DNA of 61,767 nucleotides from Rubripirellula sp. (lineage in GTDB: Bacteria > Planctomycetota > Planctomycetia > Pirellulales > Pirellulaceae). A program made the translations under genes and the position numbers. Shown here piece by piece: positions 11,801 to 21,041 of this stretch. The notes beneath the pieces are model-generated. The model ran no database searches, was not told the origin of the DNA, and saw nothing but the letters and a program-made list of their open reading frames with translations. Every line of letters starts with the position of its first letter. The first letter of the stretch is position 1. The stretch is taken from NCBI GenBank assembly GCA_016779185.1, contig JADHOA010000001.1, positions 1-61,767 on the forward strand. Direction: 5' to 3'.

Positions 11801-12208
11801 AAGCTCTGCCCGAGGCCCAGTCGCCATTCCTGTCAGCTCAAGTGACTGATAAGTGAACTTGCGTCGGGCTGTTTCTAGCCCCGAATCAAGGCTCAAATAC
11901 CTTTCAAACTCTTCCCACGTCAGGGAGGGCATCATCACAGGATTGCCGGACTCGCTCAAAAACATGAAGGCTCGTATCGGTACTCCGCTGTCTTTCTCTT
12001 CTCTCGCTCCGTCCAACAGTCCTTGAGGAGGCTGAGTCCCAGGTGGTTGCGCAAAGAGAGCACCAGCGAAACAAAGAATCGATATTACAAAGCTAGAGAT
12101 GAGACAGCGCAATTGGACAATAGCACCATCACGACAAGAAAAAATCCGAGCCACCCGCCTAACCACCGCAGTCAATCTATCCAGATCGGGATTCAAAGAT
12201 CGTCGCAT
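8819..12208 (-). CDS. Large (1129 aa) hypothetical membrane protein
   Basis: Signal peptide ending LFA-QP, a large beta-rich region, three C-terminal TM helices and a basic tail. Overlaps the downstream gene by 4 nt. Confidence 0.85.
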   Translation of the reverse strand: MRRSLNPDLDRLTAVVRRVARIFSCRDGAIVQLRCLISSFVISILCFAGALFAQPPGTQPPQGLLDGAREEKDSGVPIRAFMFLSESGNPVMMPSLTWEEFERYLSLDSGLETARRKFTYQSLELTGMATGPRAELSVRLKLAIDSTEGGWVTIPIKLGNFHQIEPISFEPPVEAITTVTSDGQGYRLFVKHDSRVEIDLVMRVSARVDFASNYRSLRFQLPDVPSRINLIVERDTANAEVIGQGDEIVELVNSSDTETALKVESSGGDYTLRWSRSTAAVEPAPIYEVESRTSMRWNSPQDQPTATVRLSINNLRGSVQQFSLRLPPNAILLDSPIFTDTGFVLDASPSEANSEQMVSEITIPNDMRQQRVDLTFEYQLKNQEASSESPMQLMAPDVIGALRHRGEVEIITPSEYRLRWKSAQWVRNLFENAANQAGTDRTYRFGFERPQFVLPVWLSENQRQLRVNTRSELTTRDRNATLWMQVEISGETDDGLLRFDDAGWEIRIVESQLGTPLLTFEEDQFSVVDLTALSNEEASQLIFQFQRVLQVSQNTAPIFLTLPRIVIPEKEQVIRDSTFNLVNDGRMAFVLDLEESQGLNRTVALDSSGSANSEIRSYRLIDGEQAAMIVGNLIEQPTRITLTSDLTVELDGDLMSTTCDWVVSSLLDLEGRLSLRIPFVNPSSKPPSVVERGENVESLSVNDLKELPENLSVTVDDLPAKLQFLEGDRYLLISDRLTSGTMKVRFRNQIPIDQANSENELLAISVPRPAVADMTLRGPVVVNLVGDETRSLSFFDKGGLQSLELSQIPKDSLRLSIKPREEEDTDQKIERTIVRSLIGSTTRYEQVLARVNGGDSYELKLTVDPTQVSVNGFVDGKVVRVRLNGNSLSVPLVNQDKSQLIDLRIRYPQEPNNFAIEVTPLVTVNDPTLGSYWQIIAPRDSHAVWASSMLGREMSWRYNRWNLYRDPIYGDQSLLDLVSASMNSMPSGNRYLYRGFEPQAFRVILVSRVALWMAVGSFVILLSVGITCSRVFRHPLVMVTLLMLLAGICVLSPDAVILAGQYGLLALVLLVVMIAVKGLLKPNSRRRLFSDSAGSRPRSFGSKIAKPSSLVQTLELVIDEEGVSGGKVS

Positions 12209-12494
12209 GGTGCTTTTCTTGGATTGGAACTATATCTGATCAGCTGATTTAGATCTCAAATTGCTAATCAGTTGGTCTCACCAAACGCTATACACCGGAG
12301 TGTTGTAAGCGTGATCTCAGTTTAAACAGGTGGCATTATCTTGCCAATGAAAAGCCAAGACAGACGGGCAGCCCAATTTAAAAATGAACTACAACCCCTA
12401 CAATCCATTCAGAAATCAGGTGTTTTCAACACCTAACATTGCGGTATTCATGAAACTTGTTTCGAGATAGAAAGCAGTCTCTGAGTGTTCGATA

Positions 12495-15400
12495 TCAAAT
12501 ACCGTAAGCAGATTCAAAGAATTTCAGTCTCTCACGCGTTTCTTGTTCGGCTGCTTCTAGTTCCACATACACAGCGTTTGATTCGTCCAATTTCTTAACA
12601 GCTTCATCATAAGATGCTTTGGCCTGAGTCTGCATCTGTTCTAAACCTTTAAGCTCCATCTGAATTCGAGCGATTTCGTCGGCTACCGTTTTGATTTTTT
12701 GATCCCGCTCTGAAATTGAAGTCGCTAAAGCACCAGTCTCATCCTCGAGGGGCTTTTGACTCTGTCGGTGATCTTCTGCTTTCTGAAATGCTTCCTTAGC
12801 TTCATCCTGAAGACGCGATGACGTCGACTCAAACCTTACCAACTCATCTTGCAGCCCACTCAATTTAGCTGAAGCACCCTGAACGCTCGCGTCGGCGGCC
12901 ATGAGTTCTTGTTGTACAGCTTCAAGCATCTTGCTGGACTCCTCTCTTGCCTTGACTGCATCAGCCAGTTTCGCCTCAAAGTTCGGTATCGCATTCTGAT
13001 AACCTTCTATCTGCTTATTGAAGGCTTCGATGACTTTTGGCAATTCCTGCAATTCGGTACTCATGGCAGATAAATTCATGTTTTCTGTCGCTAACTGTTG
13101 AGTCATTTGCATTTTGGTGGCTTTCATGCTGTCCAAATCCGTCGTCATTTTCGACAGTTCTTGCATTAGTGAATTCAAACCTTTTGACTCACTTTCAACC
13201 GATGCTAAGGAAGTCTTCAAAGCATCTTCGAGCTTACCCTTTTCAGAGAGAAGCGAAGCTACTTGGAGCACAACTTCATTTTTTCTAGCCTGAGCCGTCG
13301 ACATTAATGAGTCGAAGTCCGCCTTTTCTTTATCAACACTCGCGTACGCGGCTTCTGCCAACTGAACATCATTAGCGGCTTCCTTCAAACTTGTCTCTGC
13401 AATTTTTTCTTTGGCTTGATGGGATAAAAGCTCTTTCTCGTGTTGCAACTTCGCTGCTTCGGTGGATTTGATTGTTTCTGTTATTTTCTGCACACCAACC
13501 TCCGCCTGTTTTAAGGTTAGATTAGCCTGCTCGATTTTCTTTGTCGTTTCAGAATCGACTTGCTCAAGCTTTGTCAATTGGGTTCTGATGACAGCCTGAG
13601 CACCTTCATCTGTTTCGGCTTGCAATTTCGCGTTTAAGGATTCACGCTCAGCATCGTTACGTTCCCTCATTTGCGTAAGCATTGAAATTGCTTCGAGTGT
13701 GTCTTGTCGAGACTTCTCTACCACTGCTTTTTCAGAAGCATATTCCTGCAACTGTTTCATTTGCTGTTCCACAAGTTGCTGAGCTTGCACAACAACTTTC
13801 TTACCGGTTTGCAATTCTTCTGTATGCTTGGCCTTGATTGCGTTTAAATCGTTTAACTTGGCCTTTGCTAATTGCAGCTTTGCCCTCAGCTCAGTCTCTT
13901 GCTTGGACAACATCGCAAATTCGCTTGCTATCCCGTTTTTCAATTTCTCTTGTTCAGTCACGTTTTGACTAACGGACTGCTTGATTTTTTCACTAGCTTC
14001 TTCTTGAACCTTTTTCCTACTCGCAGCCTCGTTCATTTGCTGTTGAATAGAAGCTTGATTGGCGGCAACTGAGGCCATCTGCTGATCAAGCTGTGAAACC
14101 TTTTGTTGCAGTTCTTTAACCTTTTGCTGCGTCGACTCAACCATCGACTGAATTGATTTGATCTTATTCTCGGACGAGATCTTGCCGTCCTGAGCAGATT
14201 TCATTGCCACCTTTGCCTGTGAAATCTGTTCTTCGATTGTCTTCTGATTTTCCAGGTAGGTAGCAATAAGTTGTTTGCCGGCCTGGTATTGTTCCGAGAC
14301 CTTGGCTTTTTTGTCGGCCAACTCACCCAAATGAGACGTTTGTTGAGCTACCTGCTCTGACAGTGTGGGTGGATTGGCACTTAACTCAGCGGCCAGCTTC
14401 GGATCCGCAATTTGCCAGATTAAAGTACGACCATTCCAATCGCCGCCGATCACGCGACTGCTGTCATGAGTAATTGCAACCTCAAGTGCGGGCTCATCAA
14501 AGGCGGGCATTGTGGCGACTGCGGAGCCATCCGCAGTCCAGACTTTTACCGTCTTATCTTTTCCGGAAGTCACAATCTTGCCATCTTGAGCCATGGCGAT
14601 TCCGGTAACTCCTCCCGAATGTGCGTTGAAACTCTTCAACTGATTTCCGGCAGTCATTTCCCACATCTTCACGGTACCGTCTTCACTAGCGCTCAAAAGA
14701 ACATTCGAGTCGGCACGCCAAATCAATGATCGCACAGCGCCTTTATGACCGATGAGGTCAAGATAGAGACGACCCGTTTCAGCTTCCCAAACATGCAGAC
14801 CGCCCGCCCGGTCACCCGAGGCAACGAGAACACCGTCTGGGCTGTAGTCCACACAGTAAACCCAGTCGGTATGCTTCTTCAGCTCAAAAACAGCCTCGCC
14901 AGAATCGGTATCAAAGATTCGCACCATTTTCTGCGGACCACCAAGTGCGACTCTGGTCATCGAATCGTTAATGTCTGCCCCAAAGACAACATCAAGCTCG
15001 TCTCCGACACTCATTAGCCGCGAGCCTGTCCTAATATCGTAAAGAGACGCAGTACCCATTGAGGAGTGAGTTCCACCTGCCACGAGCAAGTAACCGCCAT
15101 CACGGTTAAACCTAAGAACCTGTGGTATTCCCTCGGGATATGGCAACACTCCGAGTAAATCATTTGACTCGGTATGATAAAGCGACACCTGTCTCTGACC
15201 AGCAACTGCAACAAGTGGTGCCCAAGGACTCGCAGCGATGGCAGTAGCTGCAGCGGCGCGTTGAGAAGAAACAACGGGAACTCTCCAGACACTTTCCGGC
15301 ATGATAATTTGTTCGGGCTTTCCATCCTCCGACATCGAAAAACTAAGAGATGGACCCTTTCGTTTTTTCGCCTTACTACCACTGTTCTCCAATAAGCCTC

Positions 15401-15761
15401 CTTCAATCCAACGTTTGATAATATCCAACTGCTCAGCCGGGATTGGATCTTGATTGGGGGGCATCGCTGGCTCTTCATCATGCGTCATCACCAGGAACAG
15501 ACGACTCGACATCGCGTCGCCCGATGAGACCACATCACCGCTGCCACCACCTTCCATCAGTGCGCCGTAACTGTCGATCGCTAGACCAGCTTCGGCATCG
15601 TTGGCATTGTGACACTGCAAACAATGCTGCCTGAAGATGGGCAAGACGTGCTCAACAAAATTCACCGGCGGAGTTTGGCCACCTTCCTGTGCCGAAAGAA
15701 AAGTCACGGATGTGCCTAGGAATGCAATCGCTAGAATCAATCTCTGCATCGTGAATCTCAT
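12495..15761 (-). CDS. Planctomycete cytochrome c (PSCyt1) + WD40 repeat + long coiled-coil protein
   Basis: VNFVEHVLPIFRQHCLQCH ... MPP ... IIKRWIEGG (PSCyt1). WD repeats such as HTDWVYCVDYSPDGVLVASGDRAGGLHVWE and GHKGAVRSLIWRADSNVLLSASEDGTVKMWE. About 600 aa of Q/E/K/A heptad-like helix. Likely start is ATG 15761 or 15749 (signal peptide); the ORF track starts at 15830. Confidence 0.9.
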   Translation of the reverse strand: MRFTMQRLILAIAFLGTSVTFLSAQEGGQTPPVNFVEHVLPIFRQHCLQCHNANDAEAGLAIDSYGALMEGGGSGDVVSSGDAMSSRLFLVMTHDEEPAMPPNQDPIPAEQLDIIKRWIEGGLLENSGSKAKKRKGPSLSFSMSEDGKPEQIIMPESVWRVPVVSSQRAAAATAIAASPWAPLVAVAGQRQVSLYHTESNDLLGVLPYPEGIPQVLRFNRDGGYLLVAGGTHSSMGTASLYDIRTGSRLMSVGDELDVVFGADINDSMTRVALGGPQKMVRIFDTDSGEAVFELKKHTDWVYCVDYSPDGVLVASGDRAGGLHVWEAETGRLYLDLIGHKGAVRSLIWRADSNVLLSASEDGTVKMWEMTAGNQLKSFNAHSGGVTGIAMAQDGKIVTSGKDKTVKVWTADGSAVATMPAFDEPALEVAITHDSSRVIGGDWNGRTLIWQIADPKLAAELSANPPTLSEQVAQQTSHLGELADKKAKVSEQYQAGKQLIATYLENQKTIEEQISQAKVAMKSAQDGKISSENKIKSIQSMVESTQQKVKELQQKVSQLDQQMASVAANQASIQQQMNEAASRKKVQEEASEKIKQSVSQNVTEQEKLKNGIASEFAMLSKQETELRAKLQLAKAKLNDLNAIKAKHTEELQTGKKVVVQAQQLVEQQMKQLQEYASEKAVVEKSRQDTLEAISMLTQMRERNDAERESLNAKLQAETDEGAQAVIRTQLTKLEQVDSETTKKIEQANLTLKQAEVGVQKITETIKSTEAAKLQHEKELLSHQAKEKIAETSLKEAANDVQLAEAAYASVDKEKADFDSLMSTAQARKNEVVLQVASLLSEKGKLEDALKTSLASVESESKGLNSLMQELSKMTTDLDSMKATKMQMTQQLATENMNLSAMSTELQELPKVIEAFNKQIEGYQNAIPNFEAKLADAVKAREESSKMLEAVQQELMAADASVQGASAKLSGLQDELVRFESTSSRLQDEAKEAFQKAEDHRQSQKPLEDETGALATSISERDQKIKTVADEIARIQMELKGLEQMQTQAKASYDEAVKKLDESNAVYVELEAAEQETRERLKFFESAYGI

Positions 15762-15940
15762 CAATATCAGGCCGTAAGGCGGACTCTGACTCGCCTTACA
15801 ACGGTAGGTGTCAAAATAAACCATCTCCACAAACGGGACGAACCCGCCGGAAAAATCTAGGTCACAGCCGTGTCCGAGTTGAAAAAAAAGCCTTCAATCA
15901 AGGATTTTTACCAATGTGGCAAATTGCTTCTTGCAGCTTC

Positions 15941-18412
15941 CTAGTGATTGAATACGAACTCACGTGAATTCAGGATCGCCCAAAAAATATCTTCCAAGCC
16001 TTCTTTTGGACTCGGAGAAGCGTTAATCGCAGCAAGTAGTTCAGACTTCTCCGCTTCGGTTGGATAGCGAGAAAGACAACGTATATAGAGCCGATCAAGT
16101 CCCTGTTCGGCAGTGGAGTCTTTCAGCAGCTCGTCGACAACCTTGCCTTGGGTAATCTTACCGTTGGTCGAACTTCCGTTGAGCAAGTGCAACGCCTGAG
16201 AGAGTGACGGATCGGTGGATGCTTCACAGTCACATACCGTTTCCCGTGGCGCTCGGCCAAACGTATCCAAGAAGTAGGTGCTGGTTTGACCGTCTGCGAT
16301 TTGTACAGCACGAGCACCAAGTGGCAATCCACGAAACTTTTCATTGGTATTGGTAACTTGACTCACGCAGTCGAGCATCATTTCGGCAGGAATACGGCGC
16401 ACCACTGCATAAGCATAATTCCTAGTGTCGGAGCGATTACTTTCATTCGGAGTTGCACTTCTCTGATATGCCTGACTGTTGCAGATGTCGCGAACAAGTT
16501 GTCGAAAATCGAAATTATACTCAACAAGTTTATTGCCCAGTTCTCGGAAAAGCTCTGGATTTGTAGGAGGGTTACTGACTCGAATATCATCCACTGGGTC
16601 GACTGTACCGACTCCCATAAAGTGAGCCCAAACGCGATTGGCAATACTGGTTGAGAAATACGGATTCTCTGCGCTAGTTAGCCACTCGGCCATAACCACT
16701 CGTCGATCCTGCCCCTTGGTGTCTACGGGTTTACCACCAAGGAACTGTGGCACCATTGTGGCACCCGATACGGGATGCTTAACCTCTCCACTACGCCGGT
16801 CGTAAACGATTTTCTCGCGATAGTCCTCCGCGTTCTTTGTACCGGTCTGGCAGAAAAACGCCGCAAACCCATAGTAATCATCCATTGTCCATCGATCGAG
16901 TGGATGATTGTGGCACTGAGCACACTGAGTACGAATACCCATAAAGACTTGAGCGACGTTCTCCGCCCGCTTGAGAGTATCCAACTCAATCTGATAATAG
17001 TTGGTTGCTGGGTTGCTAAAGGTACCACCGGTTGCACCCAACAACTCACGAACCATCTGATCCAATGGAACGTTTCTAGCAAAATTATCGGTAAGCCATT
17101 GGTTGTAAAGAAATGCCGACTTGTAGCTGACTTGGTTCGAACTCTTGATCATTAAGAGCTGCGCGAACTTCATCGCCCAGATTTCACTGAACTCTTTGCG
17201 CGACAATAGGCGTTCAATGAGAGCAGCTCGCTTATCCTCAGCTGTATCCCCCATGAAAGTGCTATATTCGTCTTCGGTTGGAAGTTGTCCCGTGATATCA
17301 ATGGTCACTCGTCTCAAGAACTCTTCATCGGTACACAGTCCACTTGGCAGAATACGTAATTGATTGAGCTTCTTTCCCACTAACTGATCAATGTAGTTAC
17401 CAGTAATCTCAGGTGCCTCGTACTGCAAATCTTTCGGCAGCACGAGCACTTGGCGACCCTCTGTTTTGGTCTCAAACCTCGCCATTACAAAGGCTTCCCC
17501 ACGTGCTCCCGCAGTCACCAAGCCATCTTGGTCAATTGCAGCAGATGTCTCATTATTCGTCATGAAGGCAGAAAGATTGGTAACATCGCGTGTGGTTCCG
17601 TCCTCATAATGAGCAATCGCAATGAATCGCTGAGTACTGTCCCTACCTTCAATCACTGCTTGAGGCGGGAAAATATCAAGGGATGCTACCTTTGGTGGAG
17701 CGGTTGCATCGGCAACTGCACCGTTACGAAGCCACTCCAGAATCATCGAGTAATAGACCGAATCCTGCCCAAAAAGCTTGCCACCCGAGTGAGGAACTTG
17801 TCCGACGGCTTTGGTGAGAAGTAAACTCTCTTGCGGTACAGCCAGGTTAATCCGTCGCATTCCTATTTCGCGAGTGACGCGGTGATAATCGCCATTCGGA
17901 TCGTATCCGAACAGACTAATCATGAAACCATCCTTACCTCGTGCCGCACCGTGACAGCTACCGGTGTTACAACCACTACGGGTTAAGATTGGTACGATAT
18001 CCTTTTCAAAGGATAGAGGCAGTGTTTCTGAACTTCTGGAAACCTTGACTGGTATACGAATCTGCTGACCACCATAATCGCAAATCAATTCCGTTTCACC
18101 ATCCGCAACAGGTAACAACTGATTTCCTTCAATTCGGCCAAACTGTTCATTCGCAAGCGTCCAATTCGCCTTATCAGTAACGTCGAGCGTTACATCATCG
18201 GGACGCTTAACCAACGCGATGAAGGATTGGTAATCTCGCGAAGTCGTTAAATCAATACTTTCTGGAAAGGCAGAAAGCTGCAGCCCAGACTCGGAAGGTG
18301 GCGTTGACTTAGCCGCCACTGCCGTATTCGCTGGCTCAGGCTCAGCAGCACGCAATGAGCAAGTTAACAATGAGGCGATCAATGTAAGTAGCACTAGCGA
18401 TTGCAGACGCAT
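15941..18412 (-). CDS. DUF1549/DUF1553 (PSCyt2/PSD1) domain protein with Ig-like domains
   Basis: Motifs SFEKDIVPILTRSGCNTGSCHGAARGKDGF, DEEFLRRVTIDITGQLPT, QCAQCHNHPLDRWTMDDYYGFAAFF, ANRVWAHFMGVGTVDPVDD and C-terminal EDIFWAILNSREFVFNH. Signal peptide present. Confidence 0.92.
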   Translation of the reverse strand: MRLQSLVLLTLIASLLTCSLRAAEPEPANTAVAAKSTPPSESGLQLSAFPESIDLTTSRDYQSFIALVKRPDDVTLDVTDKANWTLANEQFGRIEGNQLLPVADGETELICDYGGQQIRIPVKVSRSSETLPLSFEKDIVPILTRSGCNTGSCHGAARGKDGFMISLFGYDPNGDYHRVTREIGMRRINLAVPQESLLLTKAVGQVPHSGGKLFGQDSVYYSMILEWLRNGAVADATAPPKVASLDIFPPQAVIEGRDSTQRFIAIAHYEDGTTRDVTNLSAFMTNNETSAAIDQDGLVTAGARGEAFVMARFETKTEGRQVLVLPKDLQYEAPEITGNYIDQLVGKKLNQLRILPSGLCTDEEFLRRVTIDITGQLPTEDEYSTFMGDTAEDKRAALIERLLSRKEFSEIWAMKFAQLLMIKSSNQVSYKSAFLYNQWLTDNFARNVPLDQMVRELLGATGGTFSNPATNYYQIELDTLKRAENVAQVFMGIRTQCAQCHNHPLDRWTMDDYYGFAAFFCQTGTKNAEDYREKIVYDRRSGEVKHPVSGATMVPQFLGGKPVDTKGQDRRVVMAEWLTSAENPYFSTSIANRVWAHFMGVGTVDPVDDIRVSNPPTNPELFRELGNKLVEYNFDFRQLVRDICNSQAYQRSATPNESNRSDTRNYAYAVVRRIPAEMMLDCVSQVTNTNEKFRGLPLGARAVQIADGQTSTYFLDTFGRAPRETVCDCEASTDPSLSQALHLLNGSSTNGKITQGKVVDELLKDSTAEQGLDRLYIRCLSRYPTEAEKSELLAAINASPSPKEGLEDIFWAILNSREFVFNH

Positions 18413-18536
18413 GACTATTTCGAACCTTCAGTTCATGGGGCGTTTGATATCTTGCCAAGCTTTCTACTTGCTCAACAAACAGAGCCACTCAGCAAAATAT
18501 CGATTCTCTTCTGATTAATACAGCTTAGGTTACGTA

Positions 18537-20966
18537 TCAGTTTTCAGACTGCTGTTTTTTCAGCAATCGAAGTTGTTCCAGCCGACTCAGAGGCTTTGGT
18601 GGAGCCTCCTTAGGAGGAGCTTCTTTCACTGGCTCCTTTTTCTTCGGCTCTTCTTTCTTCATCACTGGAGCAGGCAAGGGTTTGTCAACTTGCAAAATCC
18701 CAGTCCCGAGAGTCTGCTGAATCTCACCGTCTGGACTGGACACCGTCGCACGGGCAACAATCGACTTGTGCTGACCGACCCGAGCTCCTTCCTCAATCTT
18801 AACCTTGTAAGCCAACTGCTCAGTGTCTTTGGTGACAGCTTGCTTCGTTTGCTCGCAAACAACACCAGCAGGAAGCCCTAAGAGTTCCACTTCGGCAGTT
18901 CCCTCAAAGTCTCTCATCACCTCAACATCGACTAGAACCGTAGAATCACTGCTTAGCTCTGCAGATGTTTTAGGAAACGTGAAATTAAACAACTTGTCCT
19001 GAACATCAAGCATTACTGGTTCGCTCGCAATCTCGTTACCCGCAACGGACGCGTAAACGATGATCGGCCACTGGCCAATTGCTGCAGAACCATTAGCGGT
19101 CAATGGGATGATTGCCTGATCTTGCCCCTTTGCGATCTTGATACTTCCACTCGAACCAATACCTGGAGGGTTGTAAAGCATTCGAATGGCCACGTCCGCA
19201 TCCAAATCTCCACGATTGATTTTGACAACGAGCCCCATCGAACCATTCCGAACAATGGGCACTTTCGGTGCGACGACCTCGATAGTACAAGGCATCGCTT
19301 TGATGACCGCAATTGCGGCTCGATCGGCGTAGTAGTCGTTCACAACATTGTTATTCAAACCGATCAACATCTGATGCTGTTGCGTGAACCGACCCTGAAT
19401 TGGGTTGTCTGCGATGCGACCCACCACGTTGACTAACTTGCCATCCAAAGGTGCTTCGGCGGTAGCTGTCAAAAGAAACGGTACGGTACTTTGGTTCGCT
19501 GGCATCTGGATTGGTGTAAGCGTTACACCCTCGGGCAAATTCAGGCACTCGACGTCAATCGCCCCGCCCACACCGACTCGCGACGCATTCAACATGACGG
19601 CCGTGCGATTGCCCTGCGCGACGTTCACTTGCGTGGCAACATACCGCTCTCGGTCTGGCAGGGTCAGAACCAAATCAGGCTCAACTAAAGTAGCCTCTAA
19701 ACGGTAACTGTAAGCAGGTCCGCCGTTGTTCAGATGATCATTGATCCCGACGTGATATAAACCATCCTCTGGAATTTTGTAATCAAGGGAGCTATCAAGA
19801 CCGCCCGAGTCGTCATTCCCTCCAACTCGTCCACCTTTGGCATTGTAGATATTTACAACGCCGTCTAACTGAGATCTCAATACATTGCGAGCAAACAGCT
19901 TTAGTCGAACGGTTTGACCCTTCTTTGCTTCAAAACTGAAAAAATCGTAATCGCCCGGCTGACCTATCAGACCTGAGAAGGCTGCCGGTAACTGGCCAAC
20001 GGTTGATTCCTTTACGGAGTTATTCGGCTCCTGCTCTAGAATGTTCGCTTGGGATTTGACCCGTACAAGATTGGGCGACGGTGCGACTCCTAAATCATTT
20101 TCAACAACTATGGGAAAACTGTCAGTTTCCTCGCTGGGCAACTGGACTTTTTCCACCCATGCCTGCCCCAATGAATCAACGAATGTCATATCAACTAATT
20201 CACCCGGAGCACCACCTGCTGGGACAACAGCAATTGGCCTTGGAAACGAACCGACGTGCATTCGATAGCGATCATTACTGCCGCCGAATGAACTGTCTCG
20301 CACAACAATCAAGTACGTGCCATCAGCTGGCGCTTTTATCGAACACAAACAATCCTGCTGTAGCAAAGGCGCATCGTCGCTAGTTGCAAGCTCGAATCTT
20401 TCCGAATTCAAAATCGCCACATATGGATCAAAGAAGGGATTACTTCGACCCTTCTTAATCCTGACACCCTCTAACTCAACGGTAAGTTGCTCGCCCTGCT
20501 TGAGGTTCACCGCAAAATAGTCCTCGTCTTCTCGAGCGACCGCACCCTCGATAGTGACGTTGTTTTCGATAACTTGAGGAGATCCGAAATCACTGTTCGG
20601 TTCCACCTCATCAATCGCTGGCAGTGCGCCTACGCCCAAAAACAAAACATTGCTGAGCCCCGTCTCTGTCACAATCCGCAGTGGATAAAGGCCTGGCTTG
20701 GTGGTTGAAGGAACCTCTATCTCTACCTCGACCTTTTTATCATCAATGGGATTTACATTGATGACGTTAATTCCGGGTTGATCTAACAGGAGTTGGCGAC
20801 TATCACCCAACCTCGTCCCCTCAAGAACGACTTTGTGGGTACCACCTCTTTGCACTCCACGCGGGGTCGAGCTAACAAGATCCGGCTTGTATGCAAAAAC
20901 CGAACTGCAGGACATCAGGCACAGGAAGGGGACACCGATTAGTTTTAGCTGGGGACGCATATTCAT
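18537..20966 (-). CDS. PPC (pre-peptidase C-terminal) domain-containing exported protein
   Basis: PRGVQRGG N-terminal motif, two E.EPN motifs (EVEPNS, EQEPNN), DEDYFAV / DYDFFSF PPC strands, and a Pro/Lys-rich tail ending PLSRLEQLR. No catalytic peptidase motif seen. Confidence 0.85.
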   Translation of the reverse strand: MNMRPQLKLIGVPFLCLMSCSSVFAYKPDLVSSTPRGVQRGGTHKVVLEGTRLGDSRQLLLDQPGINVINVNPIDDKKVEVEIEVPSTTKPGLYPLRIVTETGLSNVLFLGVGALPAIDEVEPNSDFGSPQVIENNVTIEGAVAREDEDYFAVNLKQGEQLTVELEGVRIKKGRSNPFFDPYVAILNSERFELATSDDAPLLQQDCLCSIKAPADGTYLIVVRDSSFGGSNDRYRMHVGSFPRPIAVVPAGGAPGELVDMTFVDSLGQAWVEKVQLPSEETDSFPIVVENDLGVAPSPNLVRVKSQANILEQEPNNSVKESTVGQLPAAFSGLIGQPGDYDFFSFEAKKGQTVRLKLFARNVLRSQLDGVVNIYNAKGGRVGGNDDSGGLDSSLDYKIPEDGLYHVGINDHLNNGGPAYSYRLEATLVEPDLVLTLPDRERYVATQVNVAQGNRTAVMLNASRVGVGGAIDVECLNLPEGVTLTPIQMPANQSTVPFLLTATAEAPLDGKLVNVVGRIADNPIQGRFTQQHQMLIGLNNNVVNDYYADRAAIAVIKAMPCTIEVVAPKVPIVRNGSMGLVVKINRGDLDADVAIRMLYNPPGIGSSGSIKIAKGQDQAIIPLTANGSAAIGQWPIIVYASVAGNEIASEPVMLDVQDKLFNFTFPKTSAELSSDSTVLVDVEVMRDFEGTAEVELLGLPAGVVCEQTKQAVTKDTEQLAYKVKIEEGARVGQHKSIVARATVSSPDGEIQQTLGTGILQVDKPLPAPVMKKEEPKKKEPVKEAPPKEAPPKPLSRLEQLRLLKKQQSEN

Positions 20967-20994
20967 TTAGAAAATTGAGTGTACTTAGAGGAAA

Positions 20995-21018
20995 CGGGCC
21001 AAAAAGATTCGGCCCGTC
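20995..21018 (-). other. Intercistronic hairpin (possible weak terminator or RNA stabiliser)
   Basis: Minus strand ACGGGCCGAA-TCTT-TTTGGCCCGT followed only by TTCCTC, between the DUF1501 and PPC genes. Confidence 0.4.
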
Positions 21019-21041
21019 ACAGAACACAGCCTTAGGGTCAC

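Noticed and set aside
12500-14365. SMC, tape-measure or phage-like call for the coiled coil
   Set aside because: No Walker motifs or phage genes, and the coil is fused to a signal peptide, PSCyt1 and WD40.
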